Both the position numbers and the translations under genes were made by a program. Source: Candidatus Saccharimonadota bacterium (lineage in GTDB: Bacteria; Patescibacteriota; Saccharimonadia; Saccharimonadales; Saccharimonadaceae). From it: 64,000 nucleotides of DNA. The notes under the pieces are model-generated. The model worked only from the letters and a program-made list of their open reading frames with translations. It searched no databases and was not told the DNA's origin. Of the stretch, positions 46,830-55,334 are shown piece by piece. The stretch's first letter is position 1. Each line of letters opens with the position of its first letter. Location: NCBI GenBank assembly GCA_017432425.1, contig JAFRJE010000010.1, positions 11,065 through 75,064 of the forward strand. Direction: 5' to 3'.

Positions 46830-48104
46830 ATGGCAAAAAATGAATATATCCCCAGATTAGTCGATAAGGAGCTCCAAGAAAAACTAGACAACTTTGGCGC
46901 GATTAACATTATCGGTTGTAAATGGTGTGGCAAAACGCGAACCGCAAAAGAATTCGCTAAGAGTTTTATTGAACTTCAAAACCCAAACGATAAGTCTATT
47001 CCTCTTATCAAAAGTGAACCCAGCCTCGCCCTTGAAGGCAACTACCCCCGGCTAATCGACGAGTGGCAAGATATTCCAGAAATCTGGGATGCTGTCCGCT
47101 ATGAAGTTGATAAGACCGGAGAAATTGGCCAATTTATATTAACGGGCTCATCCACTCCTAGAAAAGAAAAGCCAAAACACTCAGGTGCGGGACGGTTTGC
47201 AGACGTCAAAATGCGCCCCATGTCTTTATTCGAATCGGGTGATTCTAACGGTGAGATTTCCTTAGAATCTCTCTTTATTTCTAATATCAGAGTCAAGGGC
47301 GAATCCCCTTATCGTCTCGGCGATATCGCTTATCTTTGTGCTCGTGGTGGTTGGCCGAGTAGTATAGCGCATAAACCGACCAACCCTTTGCTCCTACCTA
47401 AGGAATATCTTAAGAAACTCATCAATCGAGAAGAAAGCTTTGGTGATATTGATTATTTTAGCCCGGGACGAATGCAGGCTCTCCTCAGGTCGATCGCTAG
47501 AAAAACTGCAACTCCAATTCGGATTGCTACAACCGTCAATGACATTTTACAAAATACAGGAACGAGCATTACCGACATCACGGTCTCAAACTACCTATCG
47601 GTTCTTGAACAGCTTTACTTGCTTGAAGACGTTGAAGCTTGGTCGCCGAAGCTAAGAAGCAAAACTGATATTCGTACGACCAAAAAGCGCTTTTTCGTCG
47701 ATCCATCTCTTGCTGTAGCATCTCTTTACGCAAATGAAAACGATCTGCTATCTGACGCGGAAACATTTGGTCTAATCTTTGAATCCATGGCACTTCGCGA
47801 TCTAAGGATCTACTCTGAAGCAATTAACGGTGAACTCTTTTATTATCGCGACAAAAACGGGTTAGAATGCGACGCAATCATTCATCTCGCAGATGGAAGG
47901 TGGGGTGCCATAGAAATCAAGCTTGGGTCTGCTAAGGAAACCATCGAAGCAGCAGCGGCTTCATTACGCGCTCTTGAAACGCAAATTGACACAACGGCCA
48001 TGAAGTCTCCTTCGTTTCTGATGATTCTATCTGGCGACTCAAAATATGCCTACAGAAGGGAAGATGGCGTATATGTAGTGCCGATTGGATGTCTCAAGCC
48101 ATAG
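46830..48104 (+). CDS. AAA+ ATPase of the AAA_14/DUF4143 type
   Basis: Walker A GCKWCGKT and LIDEWQ Walker B-like motif. Overall layout resembles COG1373-type ATPases. TGATATAAT lies 8 nt upstream of the ATG. Confidence 0.8.
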   Translation: MAKNEYIPRLVDKELQEKLDNFGAINIIGCKWCGKTRTAKEFAKSFIELQNPNDKSIPLIKSEPSLALEGNYPRLIDEWQDIPEIWDAVRYEVDKTGEIGQFILTGSSTPRKEKPKHSGAGRFADVKMRPMSLFESGDSNGEISLESLFISNIRVKGESPYRLGDIAYLCARGGWPSSIAHKPTNPLLLPKEYLKKLINREESFGDIDYFSPGRMQALLRSIARKTATPIRIATTVNDILQNTGTSITDITVSNYLSVLEQLYLLEDVEAWSPKLRSKTDIRTTKKRFFVDPSLAVASLYANENDLLSDAETFGLIFESMALRDLRIYSEAINGELFYYRDKNGLECDAIIHLADGRWGAIEIKLGSAKETIEAAAASLRALETQIDTTAMKSPSFLMILSGDSKYAYRREDGVYVVPIGCLKP

Positions 48105-48166
48105 AGGTGCGAGAAATGGGGTTTAATAAAACAAACGACAACAACGCAGCATAGTATAAATAAACC

Positions 48167-49072
48167 CTATACTATCCCCTCATGATTCCCCTCAATCTTA
48201 TACATTCTTCTTTCTCCACGATTCTTGACTACTTTTTTATTGATGTAGTCTTTCGTGTAAGATTTCCCAATCACTACATCGCCGTGATATTTCTCATTGT
48301 TCAGAATACCTACGATGGTAGCCGGATGCCATTTAGCTTTGCCTTTAGGGGCAGGGATAGCTTCCTGTTCTAGGATATGTGCAATTCTGGTAGAACCCTT
48401 GCCTTGTTGGTTTAGCTCAAAGATTCTTCTCACAACTCTAGCTTCTGGTTCATAAATAACTAATTTGCCAGTTGCTTCGTCTTTCCTATAGCCATAACAA
48501 GGTCGGTTATATCTTCCCGACTTCCCCGACTCCGCCGCCCTTTCCATTCCCCACTTAATATTCTCGCTGCGTTGTCGACTTTCGTCCTGGAAGAGGGAAA
48601 AGAAAACAGAATAATACATCTCCGCCTTAGGGTCAAAGATAGAAACAGGATAACATTCAAACCTAACTTCTATCCCCAAATCCTTTAACTCTCTCAAAAT
48701 AGAAAGCCCGTCTACCGTATTCCTACTGAATCGACTCGGACTTTTACAAAGGATCAGATCAATCCTGCCTTTTCGGCAATCATCAAGCATCGCCAAGAAT
48801 TCCGGTCGTTTATCGGTTCTCAGTCCTGACGCCTCATCCGCATAAATTCCTACATAGTTCCAGTTCGGATTCTTCTTAATGTAATCTCTATAATACTCTT
48901 TCTGCGCTATTAGGGAGCCATATTGCTCATCTTTCTTAGAAGAAACTCGCGCGTAAGCAGCAACGTTAAGACGTCTATTGCTTTTATCTATACTAAGTTC
49001 ATGGCGAGAAACTTCGTCAGTCAACCATGCCTCTGGTAGTATTTCCTGGACTTTCATAAACGCAGGTATCAT
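48167..49072 (-). CDS. Large serine recombinase, C-terminally truncated (resolvase + recombinase domains only)
   Basis: AAYARVSS catalytic Ser, LILCKSPSRFSRN, PCYGYRKD, WHPATIVGILNNEKYHGD. Ends at ...IEGNHEGIV, where full-length enzymes continue into a zinc ribbon and coiled coil. Downstream frames show no continuation. Confidence 0.75.
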   Translation of the reverse strand: MIPAFMKVQEILPEAWLTDEVSRHELSIDKSNRRLNVAAYARVSSKKDEQYGSLIAQKEYYRDYIKKNPNWNYVGIYADEASGLRTDKRPEFLAMLDDCRKGRIDLILCKSPSRFSRNTVDGLSILRELKDLGIEVRFECYPVSIFDPKAEMYYSVFFSLFQDESRQRSENIKWGMERAAESGKSGRYNRPCYGYRKDEATGKLVIYEPEARVVRRIFELNQQGKGSTRIAHILEQEAIPAPKGKAKWHPATIVGILNNEKYHGDVVIGKSYTKDYINKKVVKNRGERRMYKIEGNHEGIV

Positions 49073-49120
49073 AACATATTTTTGAGGTAGTTCAAAGCAT
49101 AAACACCTTCCACCCCTGTT

Positions 49121-49326
49121 GCTACACGGTAAAACACGGGAAACGTATTGTGTTACACGGAAAAGCATGTGAGCCTTATTATGCTACACGGGAAAGAAAA
49201 AATCGTTACACGGCAAAACACGGGAAAAGTGTATTCAAGCAAAAAGCGAACAGCGAACCCAAAAATCGAACCATAGGATTCACTTCGTTATTTGAGCTGC
49301 ACACACCCACGGTATTCGCTACACGG
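49121..49326. repeat. Array of seven ACACGG sites, six of them spaced in multiples of about one helical turn, upstream of the recombinase gene
   Basis: ACACGG at 49124, 49134, 49155, 49186, 49208, 49218 and 49321. A 25-bp composite G(C/T)TACACGG(T/C)AAAACACGGGAAA(C/A)G occurs at 49121 and 49205 (22/25 identical). Confidence 0.85.
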
Positions 49327-49439
49327 AAGGCTACTTTGTCGCCAAATTGACGCAACGAGCCACTCCCCTTGACTAAGGGACTTTTTTATGCTAAAATTTC
49401 AAAAAATCGCACCTTTCGCTCAAAAAAGGAGGAATATTC

Positions 49440-49787
49440 ATGAAGCCTTCCGTTATTGCCGTATCTGTCGCCTTTGTCGCTATTATCGTCGCCGTTGTTA
49501 TCGCCCTCTGCTTAGACTCGACTGGAACTTCCGCCCCGCCGACGACCGCTGTCCAAGCCCAAACCGCTACGCCCCAGGTCGTCTATGCGACCGCGGCTCC
49601 CGCCAGCGAAAATTTGACCTGGGCGCTCTATGATTCTAAAACCGGTCAAATCATCGCCACCCCCGTTCCGACCGCGACCCCTGTTCCTCTCCAGAATCCC
49701 AACGATCGCCCATTTGGGGACGTCTCAAAAGGCGCCGTCTCCGATTATGGCGACGGCTTCCAATCTACCCCTCCGCCCCGCTCCTAA
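49440..49787 (+). CDS. Short paralogue of the 45380 protein ectodomain (signal anchor + Pro-Thr-rich, ends TPPPRS)
   Basis: AGGAGG SD upstream. TM helix VIAVSVAFVAIIVAVVIALCL. TATPQVVYATAAP and ATPVPTATPVP match APTTQVIYVTQAP and VPTATPVPTATP in the 45380 product. Confidence 0.65.
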   Translation: MKPSVIAVSVAFVAIIVAVVIALCLDSTGTSAPPTTAVQAQTATPQVVYATAAPASENLTWALYDSKTGQIIATPVPTATPVPLQNPNDRPFGDVSKGAVSDYGDGFQSTPPPRS

Positions 49788-49800
49788 CGCGGGGCTTTTT
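49776..49800 (+). terminator. Intrinsic terminator homologous to the one at 46174
   Basis: CCCCGC-TCCTAAC-GCGGGG followed by CTTTTT. The TAA stop of the gene lies in the loop. Confidence 0.75.
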
Positions 49801-49809
49801 CTAAAACGG

Positions 49810-50571
49810 CTAAATACAGGTATAGCCGCCGTCAACCGGCAAAATTACCCCTGTTACATAACTTGCTTCTTTCGAAGCCAAGAAAACAGCCGCCGCGTCT
49901 AACTCGCCCGGCTTCCCGTATCTTTCCATCGGTACGTGTGTTTTTGCAAACTCCTGGAACTTCGGCGTGTCGAGTACCGGCTTCGTTAACTCTGTCTCAA
50001 AATACCCTGGACAAATCGCATTACAGGTTATTCCGTCCGTCGCCAATTCCGCCGCGACTGCTCGCGTAAAGTTAACGACTCCGCCTTTCGAGGAATGATA
50101 AGCAACCGTATGGATTTCCGTATTTCCGACCAACCCATACATACTCGCGATATTTATAATTCGCCCATAATTTTGTTTTTTCATCAACTTCCCAAACGCC
50201 CGCGTCATCTTAAACACGCTAGTCAAATCAGTCGCAATCGTAAAGTCCCACTCTTCGTCCTCCATCTCGACGACTCCTTTATCTTTTGAGCTTCCCGCGC
50301 AGTTTAGTAAAATATCAACTTTCCCGAACTCCGCCTCGACTTTCTCCGCCGCCGCGTTAATCTCCTCTGTCATCGTTACGTCTACCTTAACGGGGAGAAC
50401 TTTAACCTTATATTCTTTTTCTAACCTCGCTTTTAGCTCCTCTAGTCTTTCGACTCGCCTCGCTAGAATCGCTAAATCCGCTCCCTGTCGCGCAAATGCC
50501 TCCGCCATTTGTCTCCCTAAACCGCTCGACGCTCCAGTTACGACCGCGACTTGCCCTTTTAAGTTAAACAT
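49810..50571 (-). CDS. Short-chain dehydrogenase/reductase (3-oxoacyl-ACP reductase-like)
   Basis: VTGASSGLG cofactor motif, NCAG, and the YHSSK catalytic Tyr/Lys. ATG 50571 follows AAAGGAG. Confidence 0.85.
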   Translation of the reverse strand: MFNLKGQVAVVTGASSGLGRQMAEAFARQGADLAILARRVERLEELKARLEKEYKVKVLPVKVDVTMTEEINAAAEKVEAEFGKVDILLNCAGSSKDKGVVEMEDEEWDFTIATDLTSVFKMTRAFGKLMKKQNYGRIINIASMYGLVGNTEIHTVAYHSSKGGVVNFTRAVAAELATDGITCNAICPGYFETELTKPVLDTPKFQEFAKTHVPMERYGKPGELDAAAVFLASKEASYVTGVILPVDGGYTCI

Positions 50572-50637
50572 AAAAACTCCTTTCTGTAAATTTTTTTCAC
50601 AATCTATTTCATGCATTTCTTTAATCTTGACGCTAAA

Positions 50638-51585
50638 TCATAATTCACCTCGTGATATAAAATCAATCGCTCCTGTCGCCGCAACCGCCCCGTCCGCCGT
50701 TGCTGTAACCAGTTGATTTAACTTTTTCTTCCGAACGTCCCCTGCGCAAAACACCCCCTCCCTCGAAGTTCGACAGCTTTCGTCCGACTCAATATATCCC
50801 TCTTTGTCAAGTTCAATGAACTCCTTAAACCTCTGATTATCTGGCTCTCGCCCAATCGCAACAAACAACCCCCCAACCGCCAGCTCTTTTCTCTCTGAAT
50901 CGCCTCCGGAAACCTCTGTCTCCTCTAAAATTATCTTTTCTAGCTTTTTACCCCCTGCTAATTCGACAATTTTTTTGTTCATCAAAAACTCAACATGCCC
51001 CAACTACGCGACTTTCTCGACCAAAGCCTTGTCTGCCCGAAACTCCCCTCGTCGATGGATAACATAAACCTTAGCCGCTAAATTCGCGAGATAGAGCGCG
51101 TCCCAGAGTGCCGTATTTCCGCCCCCGTTAACCGCGACCGTCTTTCCCTTAAAGAACCCCCCGTCGCAGGTCGCGCAGTACGAAATCCCCCGCCCGACAA
51201 ACTTTTCCTCGTTACTAAGCCCAAGTCTCCTCTCGACCGACCCATTGGCGAGAATAATCGCTCGCGCAACATATTCTCCCTCGTCTGTCAAAACTTTAAA
51301 CTTCCCCCTGCCTTGATTATTTTCAACAATTTCTAAAACCTCCTCAAACCTAAACTCCGCCCCTAGCTCCTTCGCTTGTTTATAGAGGTTATTCGCAAAC
51401 TCGACCCCAGAAATATGCGCTGCCGCCGGATAATTCTCGATTTTTGTCGTATTTATAATTTGCCCGCCGTACGTTTTCGCCTCAAAAACCAAAACTTCCT
51501 TTCCCGCCCGTACCCCATAAATCGCCGCCGTCATTCCCGCCGCCCCCGCGCCAACAATGACAATATCATAAACTTTTTCTGTCAT
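50638..51585 (-). pseudogene. trxB: Thioredoxin reductase interrupted by one in-frame TAG
   Basis: The two ORFs are contiguous and in the same frame (193 aa, TAG at 51004-51006, 121 aa). They carry GAGAAGMTAA, CATCDG, GGGNTA and FCAGDV motifs. The combined length is typical of TrxB. Confidence 0.7.
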
Positions 51586-51588
51586 ACT

Positions 51589-51894
51589 CTAATCCTCTAA
51601 TAGTTTCAATACCTTTTGCTTCGACATCGCCCCAATCGATCGCTTAATCTCTTTTCCGCCTCTAAAAACAACCAAACAGGGAATCGAAGAAACCTCGAAT
51701 TCCTCCGCTGAATCCTCATTTTCGTCAATATTAACCGAAAAAACTCGTCCCTCCCCCGCCTCTTTCTCGACTTCCTCTAAAACCGGCTTCATCATCTGAC
51801 ACGGGCCACACCAATCCGCATTAAAATCAACTAAAACCCTCTTCTCTCCCTCGAGAACTTTCTCTTTAAAACTCGCCTTATTTAGTTCAATCAT
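51589..51894 (-). CDS. trxA: Thioredoxin
   Basis: WCGPC active site; 101 aa. Confidence 0.9.
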   Translation of the reverse strand: MIELNKASFKEKVLEGEKRVLVDFNADWCGPCQMMKPVLEEVEKEAGEGRVFSVNIDENEDSAEEFEVSSIPCLVVFRGGKEIKRSIGAMSKQKVLKLLED

Positions 51895-51895
51895 C

Positions 51896-52447
51896 TTAGT
51901 TGACCCCTAATAATTTTTTAATATCGTCCTCAAATTCAAGCGGATTCGTCGTCGGCGCATACCTAAACGCCGGCTCGCCCGTCCTCGAAATCAAAAATTT
52001 CGTAAAGTTCCAGCGAATATACCCCTTTTCTTTCGCCGCTTTCGGAACCATTTTGTCAATCGCCCCCATCGCGAGCTTATTTTTCATCCCCCTAACTTCT
52101 TCTTCCGGAATCGCTCCCTTTAAGAAGCTAAAAATCGGCTCCGCTTTATCTCCGTTGACCTCAATTTTCTTTAATTGGTCAAATTTTGTCTTATATTTCC
52201 CCGTACAAAATGTGTGGATTTCTTCGTCCGTCCCTGGTGCTTGATGCCCAAACTGGTCGCACGGAAAATCGAGAATTTCAAGCCCCGTTTCGTGATATTT
52301 TTCATACAGCGTCTCTAACCCCTCGTATTGCGGCGTGAATCCGCACCCCGTCGCCGTATTAACGACCAAAATAACTTTCCCCTCTAAAGTTTTCAAATCC
52401 AACTCGCTTCCGTCGCGCTTTGGAACCTTAAAATCATAAATTTTCAT
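51896..52447 (-). CDS. Glutathione peroxidase family peroxidase (Cys type)
   Basis: NTATGCGFTPQY, FPCDQFGHQ and WNFTKFL motifs. Confidence 0.88.
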   Translation of the reverse strand: MKIYDFKVPKRDGSELDLKTLEGKVILVVNTATGCGFTPQYEGLETLYEKYHETGLEILDFPCDQFGHQAPGTDEEIHTFCTGKYKTKFDQLKKIEVNGDKAEPIFSFLKGAIPEEEVRGMKNKLAMGAIDKMVPKAAKEKGYIRWNFTKFLISRTGEPAFRYAPTTNPLEFEDDIKKLLGVN

Positions 52448-52575
52448 ACCTAAATAACTCCTTTGCTCTCTAAATTATACCATACAAAACCTTAACTTTT
52501 CCCTAAAAACCTTGTCTTTAAACTTCGTTTAAACTTAACTGTGATAAAATAATATTAACTAAACGGAGTATTTTT

Positions 52576-53991
52576 ATGGACAATAATTCTTACATTTCCT
52601 CAACCGGCGGCGAGAATGCCCTCCTCGTCTCTGGCGAAGACCTGACTTTAACCTCTCCGACCATCTCCAAAACCGGCGATGAATCTTCCGAAAACTCCGA
52701 TTTTTACGGAACTAACGCTGCTGTCCTCGTAACTTCCGGAACCTTAAAAATCTCTGGCGGCTCCGTCGAGACTAACGCCTCCCACGCTAACGCCGTCTTC
52801 GCCTATTCCTCCGGTAAAATTGAGCTCGAAAATACCTCAATCAAAACCTCCGGTAACAATTCCGGCGGGATTATGGTAACCGGCGGCGGAACCCTAACCG
52901 CGACGAACCTCTCTGTCGAAACCTCTGGTAACTCCTCCGCCGCTATTCGCTCCGACCGCGGCGGCGGAACAATCAACGTCTCTGGCGGCTCCTACACGAC
53001 CTCTGGCGTCGGCTCTCCCGCAATCTACTCAACCGCCGACATTTACATCTCTGACGGCGCCGAACTTTCCTCGACTTCCTCCGAGGGCGTCGTTATCGAG
53101 GGCTCAAATTCCGTCTCTCTCGAAAAATCCTCCCTGACCGACACGAACGTCTCCCTAAACGGCAATTCCGAAACCTATAAAAATATCTTCATTTACCAGA
53201 GTATGTCCGGCGACGCGAAAGAGGGAACTGGAAAGTTTAACGCCTCTGACTCTCTAATCACGACGAATAAAGGCGATACTTTTTTCATTACAAACACGAC
53301 CGCCGCAATTACCCTCTCTAATAATAAATTTGTCAATACCGACCCGACCGGCGTTTTTCTCCGCGCGGGGAGCGGAAAATGGGGAACTAAAGGAAAAAAC
53401 GGCGGAATCGTCAATCTAACCCTCGATTCTCAGGTCATCGAAGGCGATATTGTCCTCAACTCAATTTCTAGCCTCTCTCTCGTCCTTGAGAATGAAAGCT
53501 ACTATAAAGGAACGTTTAAACTTTCCGACGGATACTGGGACGAATCCGCAATTACCGCCTCCGCCAGCTATTCAAACTCCTTAACTCTCTCTAAAGATTC
53601 CGTTTACGTCTTAACCGGCGACACTGGCTTCTCCTCTCTCGAAAACGAAGACGAATCGAACTCAAACATCTACGCTAACGGCTATAATCTCTATGTTGCT
53701 GGCGAAAAAGTCGAAGTGAACGAATCCGAAGCTCCCGCCGTCCCTGAGGTCTCCCTCGATTCAACTTCTACGGAAACCTCCTCCTCTGTCGAAGAAGTAA
53801 CTGACCCCGTCGCCTCCCCTGAAGAAATTTCTTCCTCTCCCTCTCTCGCTCTAATTCTCTCCCTCTCTGTCTGTGGCGTTCTCCTCCTCGGTTTAATTAT
53901 TTTCATGATTCTTAAACTCCGTAAAAAATCTCCGAACCCTCCCGACGTTATTATTGACCAATCTACCCCTCCTGAAAACCCCTTTAAATAA
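52576..53991 (+). CDS. Beta-helix repeat surface-type protein (Cthe_2159-like carbohydrate-binding family resemblance) with C-terminal TM helix
   Basis: Repeats of the type ISGGSVETN / TSGNNSGGIMVTGGGTLTATN / VSGGSYTTSG. C-terminal LALILSLSVCGVLLLGLIIFMIL then a basic stop-transfer. No N-terminal signal peptide in the ORF. Confidence 0.55.
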   Translation: MDNNSYISSTGGENALLVSGEDLTLTSPTISKTGDESSENSDFYGTNAAVLVTSGTLKISGGSVETNASHANAVFAYSSGKIELENTSIKTSGNNSGGIMVTGGGTLTATNLSVETSGNSSAAIRSDRGGGTINVSGGSYTTSGVGSPAIYSTADIYISDGAELSSTSSEGVVIEGSNSVSLEKSSLTDTNVSLNGNSETYKNIFIYQSMSGDAKEGTGKFNASDSLITTNKGDTFFITNTTAAITLSNNKFVNTDPTGVFLRAGSGKWGTKGKNGGIVNLTLDSQVIEGDIVLNSISSLSLVLENESYYKGTFKLSDGYWDESAITASASYSNSLTLSKDSVYVLTGDTGFSSLENEDESNSNIYANGYNLYVAGEKVEVNESEAPAVPEVSLDSTSTETSSSVEEVTDPVASPEEISSSPSLALILSLSVCGVLLLGLIIFMILKLRKKSPNPPDVIIDQSTPPENPFK

Positions 53992-53998
53992 AATACTC

Positions 53999-54027
53999 TT
54001 GCTTTTTTGTCGAAAGTGTGATATAAT
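53999..54027 (+). promoter_or_regulatory. Sigma70-type promoter (TTGCTT-17-TATAAT)
   Basis: TTGCTT at 53999-54004 and TATAAT at 54022-54027 with TG at -14/-15. About 60-nt leader, then AGGGGAGG. Confidence 0.5.
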
Positions 54028-54091
54028 AAGGTCATTGCTTCGGAATTTGTCCTGAGCACGCACTCAAACTTTTTAGGGGAGGTAAAAAGTT

Positions 54092-55111
54092 ATGTTTGAC
54101 AAGGTGTTTAATGGTACCCCTGGTCTTTTCGACCTGTTCGACACGCAGGAACCCGCCTTGCGGGATTCCCGCAAGAAGAAGTCCGCTGGACAGTCCCGCC
54201 CGAAGCAGGGCTCCCGCAACGACTCCAATACTAATCCGGCGCGCCCGCGTTCGGTTAGTGATAATCCCAGAAAGGGAGGAGAGAACAATATGCCCAAACC
54301 CGTTGACATTCCCGCTCGCCGTCCGGCGCCGCAGTCTGCGCCCCAGATGGCTAACCCCCGTCAGCCCCTGTCCGAACCGACTCCGGAGTCCGAATCTTCG
54401 GTAAAGCCGGCTTCTCCGGCGCGTCCGGTAATCAATTTGCCTGCCGCCGACCCCAAGCCCGCCGATGCCGACGCTCCTCGCGTTCCGTCCCTTTTCGACG
54501 GCTCTGACGATGACCTTACTCCGCCCGAACAGCCCGCCCCTAAGTCGGGAAAGCACACCCCCGGCACTTCTAGGGAAAGCCTCCCGCCGAGGCGGTCTTC
54601 CGACCCGTATAACTTTACGGACGAGGACTTCGCCTGGGCGAACGCCAACGTCTTCAAGCGGATGCGCAATCGCATCGAAGAGATGCGCCAGAATGGCGAG
54701 TGCCTCCAAATCGCCCCCAGCGACTACGAGGCAGACCTTCTCGACCCTGTGAGCGACCTTACGTTTCACATGGACAACGGCAACGCGCATTTCGCCAACG
54801 CCAACTTCATCGAACCGGGAACGCTCGACTATGTTGTTACCATCGCCCAGAATCTCTTTGGGCTGGAGGAGCCCAAGCCGAAAGCGCAGCTCTGCGCCCC
54901 GTTCTTCTACCGTTACGGTGGATGGCGCAGTATCGACGAGGTTGAGCGGGAAGAAGGTAGAATGATTACCTATTCCCAGCTGACCGCCCCCGACTCTATG
55001 TGGAAGTGGTTCCTGACCGACCGGAGTGGCAAGCCCCTCTGTGACAAGGCTGGCGAACTGCCCGCGGGCGATATCGACATCGAGGCGTATCTGAACGACC
55101 GGTACGCCTAA
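54092..55111 (+). CDS. Hypothetical protein: disordered Pro/Arg/Ser-rich N-half with LFDGSDDD, unrecognised globular C-half
   Basis: The long ORF starts with an SD. G+C-rich with CTG/CAG-biased codons. No signal peptide or TM helix. Confidence 0.7.
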   Translation: MFDKVFNGTPGLFDLFDTQEPALRDSRKKKSAGQSRPKQGSRNDSNTNPARPRSVSDNPRKGGENNMPKPVDIPARRPAPQSAPQMANPRQPLSEPTPESESSVKPASPARPVINLPAADPKPADADAPRVPSLFDGSDDDLTPPEQPAPKSGKHTPGTSRESLPPRRSSDPYNFTDEDFAWANANVFKRMRNRIEEMRQNGECLQIAPSDYEADLLDPVSDLTFHMDNGNAHFANANFIEPGTLDYVVTIAQNLFGLEEPKPKAQLCAPFFYRYGGWRSIDEVEREEGRMITYSQLTAPDSMWKWFLTDRSGKPLCDKAGELPAGDIDIEAYLNDRYA

Positions 55112-55131
55112 TCCGCCTTAAACACCCCTTT

Positions 55132-55160
55132 CCCTCGCGCTAAAACGCGGGGGATTTTTT
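55132..55160 (+). terminator. Intrinsic terminator
   Basis: CCCTCGCG-CTAAAA-CGCGGGGG stem followed by ATTTTTT. Confidence 0.8.
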
Positions 55161-55220
55161 ATGTCTAAAAACTAAACATAACCATTTTTTAGAAAACCTG
55201 TAAAATTTATGATAATAACC

Positions 55221-55249
55221 TTGACTTTTTTAGCGATGTGTGCTATAAT
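55221..55249 (+). promoter_or_regulatory. Consensus sigma70 promoter (TTGACT-17-TATAAT)
   Basis: TTGACT at 55221-55226 and TATAAT at 55244-55249 with TG at -14/-15. Confidence 0.6.
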
Positions 55250-55258
55250 GAAAATAGT

Positions 55259-55334
55259 CCATACGGGTGTGGCTAATAACCTGTGTGTATGGTCATTAAA
55301 ACCGAATCATCTCAGATACAAACCACGTATCTGA
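55259..55334 (+). promoter_or_regulatory. Structured 5' leader (two hairpins) of the 55374-57872 operon
   Basis: CCATAC...GTATGG at 55259-55292 and TCAGATAC-AAACCAC-GTATCTGA at 55312-55334, between the promoter and AAGGAGGG. Confidence 0.35.

Larger units (their letters stand above)
46398..49365. mobile_element. Probable degraded integrative element next to the tRNA-Gly 3' end (boundaries approximate)
   Basis: Starts just after the tRNA-Gly terminator. Carries an AAA ATPase and a truncated serine recombinase with codon usage unlike the core genes. Repeat arrays at both ends. No att duplication was found. Confidence 0.45.

Noticed and set aside
49255-49310. tRNA-like fragment (minus-strand GGTTCGATT and AGCTCA motifs), considered as a possible att duplication of tRNA-Gly.
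   Set aside because: No cloverleaf can be drawn. Only about 8 nt match the tRNA-Gly T-arm, which is consistent with chance.
54032-54790. 252-aa minus-strand ORF, together with other long antisense or alternate-frame ORFs in 54096-57848 (for example 57129-57530, 57136-57759, 55836-56176).
   Set aside because: These are Arg/Gly/Ser-rich shadow ORFs lying opposite or out of frame with G+C-rich, low-complexity coding sequence. They have no SD or promoter. The plus-strand frames have proper SD sites, signal or TM features and terminators.
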